Virus record (IMG/VR): IMGVR_UViG_3300045988_166360 | Span: 1 to 64,000 of that record | Source: a virus | DNA length: 64,000 nucleotides | Direction: 5' to 3' (one strand) | Shown here: piece by piece, positions 10,133-19,522 of the stretch | How positions within the stretch are numbered: the first letter of the stretch is position 1 | How the letters are laid out: each line of letters opens with the position of its first letter | Notes under the pieces: model-generated | The model's input: only the letters and a program-made list of their open reading frames with translations | What the model was told of the DNA's origin: nothing | The model's database searches: none | Program-made: the position numbers and the translations under genes

Positions 10133-10694
10133 CTTCTACACGTTGTTGCAAAACTTCCTTGCTGATATAGGAGTATTCAGAAAGCTTCAACACTTTCTGG
10201 CTTACGACACTGGCCAGGACTGTAAAATACCTGAAGGTATTAAAGGGTTCCTTGGATTCCTTGGATTCCTTGGATTCCTTGGAATGATAGGAGACAAGCA
10301 TATGAACAGCCATAACAAGAACAATAGCACGGACTATCGTATTTGTATCTGTGTACATGGCACACGCTTTTCCTTCATTCTCAATTTCCTGAGTGAACAT
10401 GACATAATCCCGGAGTTGAGTGACATATTCCACCGCCTTTTCCAGCATAAATTTAATCCCTTGAACCGGGGGAGGCACGACTCCGGGGAACAGGGAAGCG
10501 GCATGTTCCCCAATCGCCACGGCTTTTTCAGCCACCTCTTCCGCAGAAGCATTTTTAGCCAAGCCGAAATCAGGGATGGATTCCCAAGCCAGTTCCAGTT
10601 CTGCCTTAAGCTTAATGAATTCCGGCTCTTTCATCTCCTGGGCCACCGCCTCTGTAACAGCGTCAAGGACAATTTCTTTTTTAATATCAGTCAT
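10104..10694 (-). CDS. Hypothetical protein (196 aa) containing a (KES)4 tripeptide repeat
   Basis: Translation KESKESKESKE encoded by the 9-bp tandem array at 10249-10288. Confidence 0.55.
   Translation of the reverse strand: MTDIKKEIVLDAVTEAVAQEMKEPEFIKLKAELELAWESIPDFGLAKNASAEEVAEKAVAIGEHAASLFPGVVPPPVQGIKFMLEKAVEYVTQLRDYVMFTQEIENEGKACAMYTDTNTIVRAIVLVMAVHMLVSYHSKESKESKESKEPFNTFRYFTVLASVVSQKVLKLSEYSYISKEVLQQRVEDAKSKIILN
10249..10288. repeat. Tandem 9-bp repeat (CCTTGGATT)x4, i.e. (AATCCAAGG)n on the coding strand
   Basis: Exact periodicity read directly; member of the GGAAYCC-core repeat family. Confidence 0.9.
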
Positions 10695-10699
10695 ACTTC

Positions 10700-11173
10700 T
10701 TAATCAATAAAATTCGGAACGACAAATACAGCGTCATGTGAGGCTCCTTTGTGAACCTCTGCCTCCTTCACTGTAATTTTCATCTGGTTTTCAACCAGAG
10801 AAAGGAGGACTAAAGAATCCCGGCTGAAAATCTGTTCTTCACCCGTTTCAATGTTCTTGCAAACAAACCCAGGTTTCCTGCCATTGGAGAACCTAACCAC
10901 CACATAATCCCTGCATCTAGATGTTTGATGAGCATACAGAAGGTATCGAACTACATCTCCTACTTCCAAATAGCGTAACGGAAGGTAAAGCATCCGGGTG
11001 AGGTCATATGGCTGAGCCATAATTAAAGAAGAAACCGGATTTGTTAAGGGCTTAACCAGATAGTTATGGTCTTTTTTCAAAAGGATTCCGGGATTTATTC
11101 CCTTGTAAAGAACAAGGTCTCCAACTTCCAGAGGGTTTATCTGGTCTATAAGTAATCTAAGATTTATACTCAT
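10700..11173 (-). CDS. Hypothetical protein (157 aa)
   Basis: ORF in array. Confidence 0.55.
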   Translation of the reverse strand: MSINLRLLIDQINPLEVGDLVLYKGINPGILLKKDHNYLVKPLTNPVSSLIMAQPYDLTRMLYLPLRYLEVGDVVRYLLYAHQTSRCRDYVVVRFSNGRKPGFVCKNIETGEEQIFSRDSLVLLSLVENQMKITVKEAEVHKGASHDAVFVVPNFID

Positions 11174-11337
11174 TTTCTTTTATATTTACGGTTAAGTATT
11201 ATATACTGTAGGAAAGCATCCCCTATGATATAGAATATCATCCCACACCAACAAAGGAGCAATACTGTACCAATGAAGAATAAAATGTCAATCATGAAAA
11301 CATTATAATTGAACAGGGAAGAGTAGGGGGCTTCCAG

Positions 11338-11907
11338 CTAGGCACGGAGGTTATCCTGTAGGGAACCACCCAGAGCAAGGCTTTCTATTTCTTCTTCCGT
11401 CACGTCATTTAGCCTGATAGCCAAAGCTTCTTCGGCAAAATCCACAAGCACTACCCCCTCCGGTTCCAGAAAGGCCGGGCGATATTTAACTTCCTGGGTC
11501 AAAGCGGGACGCGCCTTAAAGAGAGCGGCATAAAGGCTTGTGGAGTATCTGACCGCATTGATTCCCGGACGGCGGGGAGTATAATACAGAGTGGCGTATT
11601 TATGTTCCTTCCCGCGCTTTACAACGGGGGTTTCCAGCCGCATCACCATGACGCTTCTGTTCTTGTGGTCATTATGATAAATCACAGGCAATGTGATTTT
11701 GGATTTATCAAAAGAAGCCGGACCGAACCCGTAGCTTTCCAGCTCAAGGATAGCCGGAGTCCATGGGTTCCATGGGATAGTAAGTAGAGTTAGCGTATCT
11801 ACTATAAACAGAGGGTCAGAGGGTATCTTTTCTCCATAAATATCAGGATTCTTCTTTACATAGTCAGTAAGAAGCCATAGTTGTTGTGCCAGTGCGATAG
11901 ATTTCAT
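11338..11907 (-). CDS. Hypothetical protein (189 aa)
   Basis: ORF in array. Confidence 0.55.
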   Translation of the reverse strand: MKSIALAQQLWLLTDYVKKNPDIYGEKIPSDPLFIVDTLTLLTIPWNPWTPAILELESYGFGPASFDKSKITLPVIYHNDHKNRSVMVMRLETPVVKRGKEHKYATLYYTPRRPGINAVRYSTSLYAALFKARPALTQEVKYRPAFLEPEGVVLVDFAEEALAIRLNDVTEEEIESLALGGSLQDNLRA

Positions 11908-11944
11908 TCTAGTGTCAGGGGTTAAAGTTATATAAAGATTCTAA

Positions 11945-12292
11945 TCAATAGACCGCAGGAGATATACCATAATCTTCCAGTATGCGAGCGTTTAAACATG
12001 CCAAGTTCTGGTGTTTATACATGCGCTTTCGGCACATATGAATGGCAACCTCCATTAAAAACTGGGGAACAAACCAGAACAACACCAAAAACGTCCACAC
12101 GGAGAATGGTACGAAAGGTCCATATAAAATACTTATAAGAAGAATGGTACTACTGGAAATAAAACCCACTAAGCTCACAGCAAAAGAAAACCTGTCAAAA
12201 AGGCTCCACCAAAAATGGTATTTATCAGCCATTCTTATGTGCTTCAAATATCTGGCACGAGTCTCCAACATAGTAGTATCAAAAGAATTCAT
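11945..12292 (-). CDS. Small membrane protein (115 aa, 2 predicted TM helices)
   Basis: Hydrophobic stretches SLVGFISSSTILLISILYGPFVPFSVWTFLVLFWFV. Confidence 0.55.
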   Translation of the reverse strand: MNSFDTTMLETRARYLKHIRMADKYHFWWSLFDRFSFAVSLVGFISSSTILLISILYGPFVPFSVWTFLVLFWFVPQFLMEVAIHMCRKRMYKHQNLACLNARILEDYGISPAVY

Positions 12293-12314
12293 AGCGTAAT
12301 GTAAGGCTCTACGT

Positions 12315-12923
12315 TTAACGGAACACTACTTTAATTTCGGTTACATCCGAGTTCTCCTTCTTAGCAACAACTGTGCTGAACTTCACCATACAGGGGAGGA
12401 ACATTTTTTCAACTAGACGGCGTGCTTTAATAGATTTCTGTTTCAACGTTCCAGGTTTATCACAGTTCAACAACCGAAACTTCATGTAAGATAAACTCTG
12501 GTCAACCATAAAATCCACCGCACCCAGTTCATCCGCAACCTTAAGTCCCACGTCATTCCAGTTCTGGTTGATTACGGCTAAAAAAATATTAGCCCATTCA
12601 GTTGCATCTTTAAAGGACAAGGAGGCCACATCCAAAAGAGCCAGAGCCTGCCCGTTCCACTTCAACCTATAAAGACGGGTGACATATGAGGTAAGGGAAA
12701 TGCGTTGCAATTCAACGGCGTATGGTCTTCTATACGGTTTCACGAACGCCGAACCTTCCCCGTTCCAAACCTTCGAATTTTCAATCCGTACAGAATCTTC
12801 TTCCGCGTGTAAGGACAGGAAGGAAGGTTGAATCATGTTTACATAAGTAACCAACCTAACCCATTCAGTACGGGAAAGTTCTTCACGGGTTCTGCAATTA
12901 GTGTTTACTCGAAAAGCTTTCAT
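12315..12923 (-). CDS. Hypothetical protein (202 aa)
   Basis: ORF in array. Confidence 0.55.
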   Translation of the reverse strand: MKAFRVNTNCRTREELSRTEWVRLVTYVNMIQPSFLSLHAEEDSVRIENSKVWNGEGSAFVKPYRRPYAVELQRISLTSYVTRLYRLKWNGQALALLDVASLSFKDATEWANIFLAVINQNWNDVGLKVADELGAVDFMVDQSLSYMKFRLLNCDKPGTLKQKSIKARRLVEKMFLPCMVKFSTVVAKKENSDVTEIKVVFR

Positions 12924-12975
12924 GCGTTATATAGGTATTTAAATAATGCTTTAGTTTAGAATAAGTATCGTTATA

Positions 12976-14154
12976 TCAAATAAAAGAGGGCGGGTTAATA
13001 AGGGAAGTATCAATCGCAGGGTATAAAGAGCAAGTGCCGTTAGTAATGAGATACTTTGACCTGTCAGTAAGCAGGACTTCAAGACGTTGATTTACTCCCT
13101 GATAATGCTCATGGGCATCTAACCATTCTTTCAATAGACCTTGCAAGTACCTTTCACTCTTAGCACTGGTCAAAGCTACTTCCACCTTGTCAAGCTCATT
13201 CTTAATGTGGCATTCCTGTTCTTTCAGATTTTGCACCAAAACCTCCCGCCCTATGTCATCCGTTCGGAAACTAAAGGTACCTCGGCAAGTATAAAAAATA
13301 TCTGCGGGGAAAGAAATACGTTCAACAACTTCCGCAAATAGCGGGTCTCCTGTCTTACAAACGTTAATAATAAGAGCCAGCTCATTCACATCTACAAAAG
13401 TTTTAATATTATGCAAGGGGTATCTGTCCCGGAGAGCATCAAAAGTAGCAAGTTCAGAATGAAAGAAATGCTCAACCAAATAAGGGGTAAAGAAATTTCC
13501 TGCCAAATCCTTGACCTTATGGCGCAGAACGAGCATAAAAAGCCGGGAAATTTTTAATGCAATCCAGCGATTGATTAGATAATTTTGAGTGCGTTTGACA
13601 TCTCGAAGCATGCTTTCAACCGCATCACGACAACCCAGTATCTCGTTAGAATTAAGCTTATACAGAAAACGGTCCAACACATATGCACACGCCGTTTCTA
13701 CCTGCCACATATGATTATCAACATTCTTATGATTATCAACATTGAGAAAAGAAAACAGGTGTGTATAGAGAGAACTAGCTAAAGTTTTTCCCATACTGAT
13801 ATGAATGCCATAAATGGGCATGAAGCAGGAGGTTGCCAATGCTACACCATTTCTTCTGCGTATTTGTGCCTCCTTCTCGTCATACTCCCCTTTACAGTCT
13901 CCACAACTTGATGTATTGAACAGGAAAGCTTCCCGGACATCACCCGGGTAAGGATTGTCCAGATACTTCACAGGTTGGAGGCAATCCAAATCCCCGCAAA
14001 AATAAATGAGGGAAAGGGCGTTATCCTTGAAGCTTTTTATAAGTTTTACTGTAGTTATATTTTTCATACTTAAACAACTGTTGAATGTTAATGAATTAAC
14101 GGTTGTACTTAGGAATAGCGGTGTAATAACTATCTCTTTTATAGTGATAGGCAT
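12976..14154 (-). CDS. Hypothetical protein (up to 392 aa; alternative non-overlapping start at 14067); contains internal NVDNHKNVDNH duplication
   Basis: Longest ORF of the early block; 15-bp direct DNA repeat inside. Confidence 0.6.
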   Translation of the reverse strand: MPITIKEIVITPLFLSTTVNSLTFNSCLSMKNITTVKLIKSFKDNALSLIYFCGDLDCLQPVKYLDNPYPGDVREAFLFNTSSCGDCKGEYDEKEAQIRRRNGVALATSCFMPIYGIHISMGKTLASSLYTHLFSFLNVDNHKNVDNHMWQVETACAYVLDRFLYKLNSNEILGCRDAVESMLRDVKRTQNYLINRWIALKISRLFMLVLRHKVKDLAGNFFTPYLVEHFFHSELATFDALRDRYPLHNIKTFVDVNELALIINVCKTGDPLFAEVVERISFPADIFYTCRGTFSFRTDDIGREVLVQNLKEQECHIKNELDKVEVALTSAKSERYLQGLLKEWLDAHEHYQGVNQRLEVLLTDRSKYLITNGTCSLYPAIDTSLINPPSFI

Positions 14155-14917
14155 GAGGTGAAAAAATATCTTGAAGAAGGGAATCCTGTTTAATCATTTC
14201 CCGCTTGATTTTAATTGCCGACTGCACAATCTTTCTTAAAAGGCTTTCCTTTTGTAAATTATGCAGGGATTTAAGCGTTTCCTCAATTTTAGATTCCAGA
14301 TACTCAACATCTTTTTTAAGCTCAAGGATTATAGATTGCATAGCCTCTCCCTTGACAATACGGCGGCTTTCAGAATCCACAAGCTCTTTAAAGTCTAACG
14401 AAAAAGAAATGGACTCGTTCAAGGAAGAAGAAGCTATTCCAAAAAAGCGCAAATACTGCCTATTATACTCGCTAAATTCTACGTAACCTTTAAGCTTGGC
14501 TAATACTTCATGTTGTTGCGCCTGTTTTAAAGCTTCCTCCAAACAAACTTTAATCATTTTGTCCAGCTTAACATTGTACACTTTCCCTTCAAAAAAAGGA
14601 AGATTAGCAATAACTCGCTGAATAAAATCTACGGATGTAACGGCACAATAATAATAAACTAGCAAGTTTTGTCTTGAGTAAATTATATCATTCCAAAAAT
14701 TTCTCAAACAACTCCCTAATTCAGCCCATTCTTGAGCTCTAAACCCGTCAACAGGCTCTTCGTTAAACATGCACCATATTTCTTCCCTGACTTTGGAACG
14801 AGCGGCTTCACTTTTAGCAATATAATTTACTACTTCGGTATTCTTAGCGTATTTCATATTCATATTTATTCTTTTTCTATTGTTTATTATTTCTTCTATG
14901 TTAATATTTTTATTCAA
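14096..14917 (-). CDS. Hypothetical protein (273 aa)
   Basis: ORF in array. Confidence 0.55.
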   Translation of the reverse strand: MNKNINIEEIINNRKRINMNMKYAKNTEVVNYIAKSEAARSKVREEIWCMFNEEPVDGFRAQEWAELGSCLRNFWNDIIYSRQNLLVYYYCAVTSVDFIQRVIANLPFFEGKVYNVKLDKMIKVCLEEALKQAQQHEVLAKLKGYVEFSEYNRQYLRFFGIASSSLNESISFSLDFKELVDSESRRIVKGEAMQSIILELKKDVEYLESKIEETLKSLHNLQKESLLRKIVQSAIKIKREMIKQDSLLQDIFSPHAYHYKRDSYYTAIPKYNR

Positions 14918-15158
14918 CAGGGGAATGAATTTCCATTTCTTCTAAATAGTCTTCTTTATCTGGCACGAAAACTTCACCCCATTGAATATGTAAAGCTTCT
15001 TCGTCTTCGGTAAAGATTAAACTACCAGACATCCCACAACACGGGCATGTTTCAGCAGTAACAGGCACTAACCCCCTCCATTCACAATTTAAACAAGTTA
15101 CCGCATCCCCGTTTCCGGTAAAAATGCGCCCTAAGTTCAACATTTTTTCTTTGTTCAT
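14910..15158 (-). CDS. Small zinc-ribbon protein (82 aa)
   Basis: CLNCEW...CPCCG motif. Confidence 0.55.
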   Translation of the reverse strand: MNKEKMLNLGRIFTGNGDAVTCLNCEWRGLVPVTAETCPCCGMSGSLIFTEDEEALHIQWGEVFVPDKEDYLEEMEIHSPVE

Positions 15159-15184
15159 ATATATATATTATAATTAGTTTATAT

Positions 15185-15481
15185 TCAGGCGGGATTCATT
15201 CCTGCATCTTCCAGTATCAGGCAAAGGGGGTCAGACAGGTGCACACGAGAAACTACCCACTTATCTTTGTTGTGAAGATATTCCTCCGTCCTCATCCTTT
15301 TATAATGTGCATTTTGAAGCACTCCCTTCTGTTTAGCCAATACCAAAATCGCAGAATCAAATTCTGATGCAAATTTCGCAAGCTCTATCAATTCAGAATC
15401 CGCATCTTGTGACAATTGCAGAACATAAGGTTCTACCTGTTTGACTTTCCGAGCAAGTTGATTAAGGGTCATTTTGTACAT
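15185..15481 (-). CDS. Hypothetical protein (98 aa)
   Basis: ORF in array. Confidence 0.5.
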   Translation of the reverse strand: MYKMTLNQLARKVKQVEPYVLQLSQDADSELIELAKFASEFDSAILVLAKQKGVLQNAHYKRMRTEEYLHNKDKWVVSRVHLSDPLCLILEDAGMNPA

Positions 15482-15490
15482 AGTTAATAT

Positions 15491-15730
15491 TTAATCAAAA
15501 ATAACAGAAATGCCAATGTCACCAACTACAATATTAGCATCATATGAGGCTACGGCTTCCCGGACTACGGGCAAAATTACATCTACCACTGATGTGAAAA
15601 TATTTAAAATGCAGACATTGCAAGAGCGGAAACTTTTACCCTCAATGCTACGTATAAGTGGGTGCAAGTTTTGCTCATGTGCCGCTTTCCATATATTATC
15701 TGCTATAATAGCCATATTATTTTCTCTCAT
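15491..15730 (-). CDS. Hypothetical protein (79 aa)
   Basis: ORF directly downstream of conserved early promoter. Confidence 0.5.
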   Translation of the reverse strand: MRENNMAIIADNIWKAAHEQNLHPLIRSIEGKSFRSCNVCILNIFTSVVDVILPVVREAVASYDANIVVGDIGISVIFD

Positions 15731-15784
15731 AAGTATATTTCTTTCTATTAGTTTTTTGTTATTTATCCCTTGTGGGTTGTCTTC

Positions 15785-15840
15785 AACTTAGCAGATTTTG
15801 CTACCTTGTCAAATTATTTTTTAGATTGTATGACAAAAAC
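15785..15840 (-). promoter_or_regulatory. Early promoter, minus strand: TTGACA-N16-TAAGTT plus conserved upstream element (revcomp of TTGTCAAATTATTTTTTAGATTGTATGACAAA)
   Basis: Hexamers read on reverse complement: -35 at 15807-15812, -10 at 15785-15790; motif repeated at three other loci. Confidence 0.6.
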
Positions 15841-15849
15841 GGGGAACTT

Positions 15850-16428
15850 TTATACTGAAACAACTTCACAACCTATAATTACCACTCGGCAAAAGTCCTG
15901 ACAGTCTCCCTTAATTTCACGGATTGTAGAAAGAAGATGAATAAAATCGTCCGGTTTCTTGAACTTGACAAGTTGAGGGAAAAGAGTAGTACCCAGATTT
16001 ACCGCTCCAAAGTTGGATTGAAGATGTGCCCTAATACAACGCCGAAGCTCTTTATTCTTAATTGAACCTGTCATGACAATGGCATTTTTTCCCACATAGG
16101 AAGCCGACAAGTCTTCAAAAGAAGGGGAAACTCCTGCAAAGGCCCGCCGTGCAATGTTGCTCATGTTTTCCCATAAAGGGCGGCGACAATATACTAATCT
16201 GGTTCCCCGTCTTGAAGCTATTTCATTCCACCATTTACGGGAATTTATAATATCTAGAGGCATTTCCCAGTTTTCAACCTCCTGCAAATTATTGAGCCGG
16301 AAAGAAATAGATTCCATGGATACCGGGGCGGCAAATTTAACGTTGCCCTGCTGGTCAACTACAATCATATAAAATTGCCCCGTTTTAGATTCATAAACAA
16401 GAGCGTGTAATTTGTCAATCATATTCAT
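15850..16428 (-). CDS. Hypothetical protein (192 aa)
   Basis: ORF in array. Confidence 0.55.
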   Translation of the reverse strand: MNMIDKLHALVYESKTGQFYMIVVDQQGNVKFAAPVSMESISFRLNNLQEVENWEMPLDIINSRKWWNEIASRRGTRLVYCRRPLWENMSNIARRAFAGVSPSFEDLSASYVGKNAIVMTGSIKNKELRRCIRAHLQSNFGAVNLGTTLFPQLVKFKKPDDFIHLLSTIREIKGDCQDFCRVVIIGCEVVSV

Positions 16429-16464
16429 ATTTTATTTTCTAGTGATTTTTAAGGTTATATTCTT

Positions 16465-16839
16465 CTAAATATTTTTATTACTCAAAATTATCTGAATTAA
16501 AAAAGAAGCCTGACGCAAAGCCCTAGCTTGAACGTTTAGCCAAGATTCATTTCTGTTCGGAGGTTTGATGCCGCCTTTAGTTTTCTTAAGTTCCGAAAGA
16601 GTACACAAACGGTTAGCTATATCTGTATCATAAATTAAAGAGCACCCACTAAAAGAATAATGCTTCCAACTATCCGCACCATTTAACAAATATCTTTTTA
16701 GGCAGTTTAATTCTATAACTTTGCCGTCTTCAATATTTTCCGCTAACTCTTTAGCGTATAAAGTCACACCTTTCCCCCATGTGCTACGCGGGCACATAGC
16801 TTCCAACTCTTCCAATACTTTTTTTTGATTGTATATCAT
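16465..16839 (-). CDS. Hypothetical protein (124 aa)
   Basis: ORF in array. Confidence 0.5.
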   Translation of the reverse strand: MIYNQKKVLEELEAMCPRSTWGKGVTLYAKELAENIEDGKVIELNCLKRYLLNGADSWKHYSFSGCSLIYDTDIANRLCTLSELKKTKGGIKPPNRNESWLNVQARALRQASFLIQIILSNKNI

Positions 16840-16860
16840 ATCTATATTATATTTATTGAT

Positions 16861-17322
16861 TTACTTAATAAGACGCAAAGAAATTACTCTTACTTTTATA
16901 GGATTGCTTTCCCTCAACCATTCCTCCCTTTCTGATAGAATATAATTCTGTTTATGATTTTTAAATATCTTATTTACCGCTGAAAGTTGCCATTCCCTAC
17001 GGGTGTAGCGTGATTCTATCGGAAAAACTACTTCCAACCTAAATTCCGACAACTTACGAACCAATAAAACCTGCGATAATTTCTTTAATTCCTCCTTTAT
17101 ATTATCCGCAACTGTCTTTGAAGTTTTACCGGAAAAAATTTCCAACAAATCAGAAGCCGCCGCATAAAGTTCTTCACCGTCATCCCACACTTGACTAGCG
17201 GTTTGCCAGTGGCAAACATAACAACCCGCTTCATAATACATGCCAAGACCGGGTTCCGGCTCATAATCCATTACTTCTAAAAACCCGCCACAAAAAGGGC
17301 ATTTTAAATCTGTAACTTCCAT
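16861..17322 (-). CDS. Zinc-ribbon protein (153 aa)
   Basis: CPFCGG...CYVCHW motif. Confidence 0.55.
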   Translation of the reverse strand: MEVTDLKCPFCGGFLEVMDYEPEPGLGMYYEAGCYVCHWQTASQVWDDGEELYAAASDLLEIFSGKTSKTVADNIKEELKKLSQVLLVRKLSEFRLEVVFPIESRYTRREWQLSAVNKIFKNHKQNYILSEREEWLRESNPIKVRVISLRLIK

Positions 17323-17364
17323 AATTTTATAAATAGCTTTAATTTATTAGTCACTTCTGATTAG

Positions 17365-17652
17365 TCACTTCTTTTGGCTCCCAGTTGTCCGGTATCTTGT
17401 CTTCAAAAACCCCGCACGTTTTGCAAAGTAGGCTATTTCAGCTTGTGGACTAGTTGAAGTACGGGAAAAACGTTTATAAGTTAAATACAACCGAGAAGAC
17501 AAAGAATGAATTACTCCTATTGCGGTACCGTGAAGATATAAAACAGGGCCTTCACTACGCAAGGGAGACTTGCCCGTAATTTTAACGCATGCTAAATAAT
17601 CCGGCACTAGCTTTTCAATATATTTTCTCATAATTAGGTCTTTTCTATTCAA
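17365..17652 (-). CDS. Hypothetical protein (95 aa)
   Basis: ORF downstream of conserved early promoter. Confidence 0.5.
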   Translation of the reverse strand: MNRKDLIMRKYIEKLVPDYLACVKITGKSPLRSEGPVLYLHGTAIGVIHSLSSRLYLTYKRFSRTSTSPQAEIAYFAKRAGFLKTRYRTTGSQKK

Positions 17653-17684
17653 TTTGTTATCTCTTTCCTATATAGGATATTTTC

Positions 17685-17740
17685 AAACTATCAAATTTTA
17701 CTGCCTTGTCAAATTATTTTTCAAAGAGTATGACAAAATC
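17685..17740 (-). promoter_or_regulatory. Early promoter, minus strand: TTGACA-N16-TAGTTT plus conserved upstream element
   Basis: -35 at 17707-17712, -10 at 17685-17690 on reverse complement; same architecture as 15785-15840. Confidence 0.6.
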
Positions 17741-17780
17741 ACAACTTATTTATATAGAGCAACTTACAAAATCTAACAAT

Positions 17781-18332
17781 TTACAGATAGTCCACGCGGG
17801 AAAGGTATTTACTCCAATTCAGATTTTCCGGCTCTACCTCCTGACCTTTCACTTGTTGGAACGTCATATAAAGTACAACTCGATTTCCTTTAATATCAAA
17901 TCCAAGAGCACACCATTCATCTATGTATTCATCCCCGTCTTTTGCGTCTAAAATGCAACCGTCAAATACCCTGTCAGAAGGGTGCATGTGCTCAGAAGCA
18001 CAAAATACTTTACCTTCATACACAAACCCCCCGAACTTCTTTCGTAAGTCATTGAAATTCACGGATGAGGCCCCATATACAAAATGATTGTCATTATCCG
18101 CTACCACTTCCACTACATAGAGAGGGGAACCGAGAGCCTTGCCAAGCATGGCCTCCATGTACTCCACGGAAGAACGGGAGGGGATATAGACTAGCCACGC
18201 AGTGCCCCGCGGCCAGCAAATAAATTCACGGGTTAGGGCCCTTTGTGCACGCTTTTTAGCATTGCGCCCGTCCGCACCCTCGCTATTGAGATAACTCCAA
18301 AATACAACAACAATTTTTGCTTGCTTGTCCAT
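17781..18332 (-). CDS. Hypothetical protein (183 aa)
   Basis: ORF in array. Confidence 0.55.
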   Translation of the reverse strand: MDKQAKIVVVFWSYLNSEGADGRNAKKRAQRALTREFICWPRGTAWLVYIPSRSSVEYMEAMLGKALGSPLYVVEVVADNDNHFVYGASSVNFNDLRKKFGGFVYEGKVFCASEHMHPSDRVFDGCILDAKDGDEYIDEWCALGFDIKGNRVVLYMTFQQVKGQEVEPENLNWSKYLSRVDYL

Positions 18333-18342
18333 AACTTATTTT

Positions 18343-18650
18343 TCTGATTTGTTATTTTTTATATAGCGGCGGGGGAACCTTTCCCCGTTCGCATGACTTC
18401 ACTTTATCGCATTTTTTCAGCACGTCAACTATTTTTTTTATTTTGTATGACAAAGCTATAACCCCTTTATTTAGAGCTCTTTAGGTAGTCTAACATATGG
18501 AGGTCAAAAGCTGATTGCCGTTCCCGCCCCATACCTTCCCGCTTACGATATGAAGCGAGAAAATGACAGGGGGAGAAAAGAAAATTCCTACCTAAATAGT
18601 AGGAATTAGGAAGAAAAGAATGGGCCGCCGAAACGGGCGGCCCCAGTGAA
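18343..18650. repeat. Copy 1 of a 310-bp near-identical direct repeat (terminator hairpin plus early promoter TTGACG-N16-TAAAGT with -10 at 18401-18406)
   Basis: Near-identical to 19209-19520 except for a few indels and an inverted hairpin loop (GAAAC vs GTTTC). Confidence 0.9.
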
Positions 18651-18658
18651 GAGTTGAA

Positions 18659-19207
18659 CTATTCAATCAACCTCTTCACGCGCGCTTCCGCGTCCTCATA
18701 AGACGGACTCATGAACCGCCCGCCCTGATAAGTATCTAATGCACTCTTACTTAAATAGTTGATGTGTACATAAAAGCTCAAATAGGGCCGCCCGTGCCGT
18801 GCGTAGTTCCACCGTTCAGGGGCAAGTGACTCGTCCCAGGGCCTATCAGCAACGCGGCGAAAACCCGCCCTAACGTAGAGGTCATTGAGTTTTTCAGTAT
18901 CCAAGCACATCAGCCACGCCGCGCCGTGCGCTACCGCGTCACAGACTAGCCAGCCACCGAGTACAATGCTTTTTGGACTCTTGATAAGCGTAACTAGCTC
19001 TAACTCTTCCGTGACTGCGTACACTGCCACGGGCTCGGCGGGGGTGCCGATAAGGTGGCATTGAGCTTTTTTACGTGCGTACCAGTCACGAGACTGGATA
19101 TCTACCGCGCCGCGCGTGCCTTCATCAATGAGGCTACGCAGTTTTTCGGCGGCGGTCAGCCACTCGTCAATATTTTCCGTTCCGGCGTTGTATTGGTATC
19201 TCTTCAT
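18659..19207 (-). CDS. GC-rich moron gene flanked by direct repeats; weak GNAT-acetyltransferase-like motif (LYVRAGFRRV) (182 aa)
   Basis: ORF with markedly higher GC than its early-block neighbours; GNAT call is a weak motif-level guess. Confidence 0.5.
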   Translation of the reverse strand: MKRYQYNAGTENIDEWLTAAEKLRSLIDEGTRGAVDIQSRDWYARKKAQCHLIGTPAEPVAVYAVTEELELVTLIKSPKSIVLGGWLVCDAVAHGAAWLMCLDTEKLNDLYVRAGFRRVADRPWDESLAPERWNYARHGRPYLSFYVHINYLSKSALDTYQGGRFMSPSYEDAEARVKRLIE

Positions 19208-19208
19208 T

Positions 19209-19520
19209 TTTTCTGATTTGTTATTTTTTATATAGCGGCGGGGGAACCTTTCCCCGTTCGCATGACTTCACTTTATCGCATTTTTTCAGCACGTCAACTA
19301 TTTTTTTTATTTTGTATGACAAAGCTATAACCCCTTTATTTAGAGCTCTTTAGGTAGTCTAACATATGGAGGTCAAAAGCTGATTGCCGTTCCCGCCCCA
19401 TACCTTCCCGCTTACGATATGAAGCGAGAAAATGACAGGGGGGGGAGAAAAGAAAATTCCTACCTAAATAGTAGGAATCAGGAAGAAAAGAATGGGCCGC
19501 CCGTTTCGGCGGCCCCGGTG
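19209..19520. repeat. Copy 2 of the 310-bp terminator-promoter cassette (promoter -10 at 19270-19275, -35 at 19292-19297 on minus strand)
   Basis: See copy 1. Confidence 0.9.
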
Positions 19521-19522
19521 AA

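Noticed and set aside
15785-19345. Bacteroidetes-type -33 TTTG / -7 TAnnTTTG promoters in the early region
   Set aside because: The conserved motifs resolve better as canonical TTGACA-N16-TAnnnT on the reverse complement with exact 16-nt spacing at all five sites. The TTTG/TAnnTTTG alignment required inconsistent spacing and mismatches.
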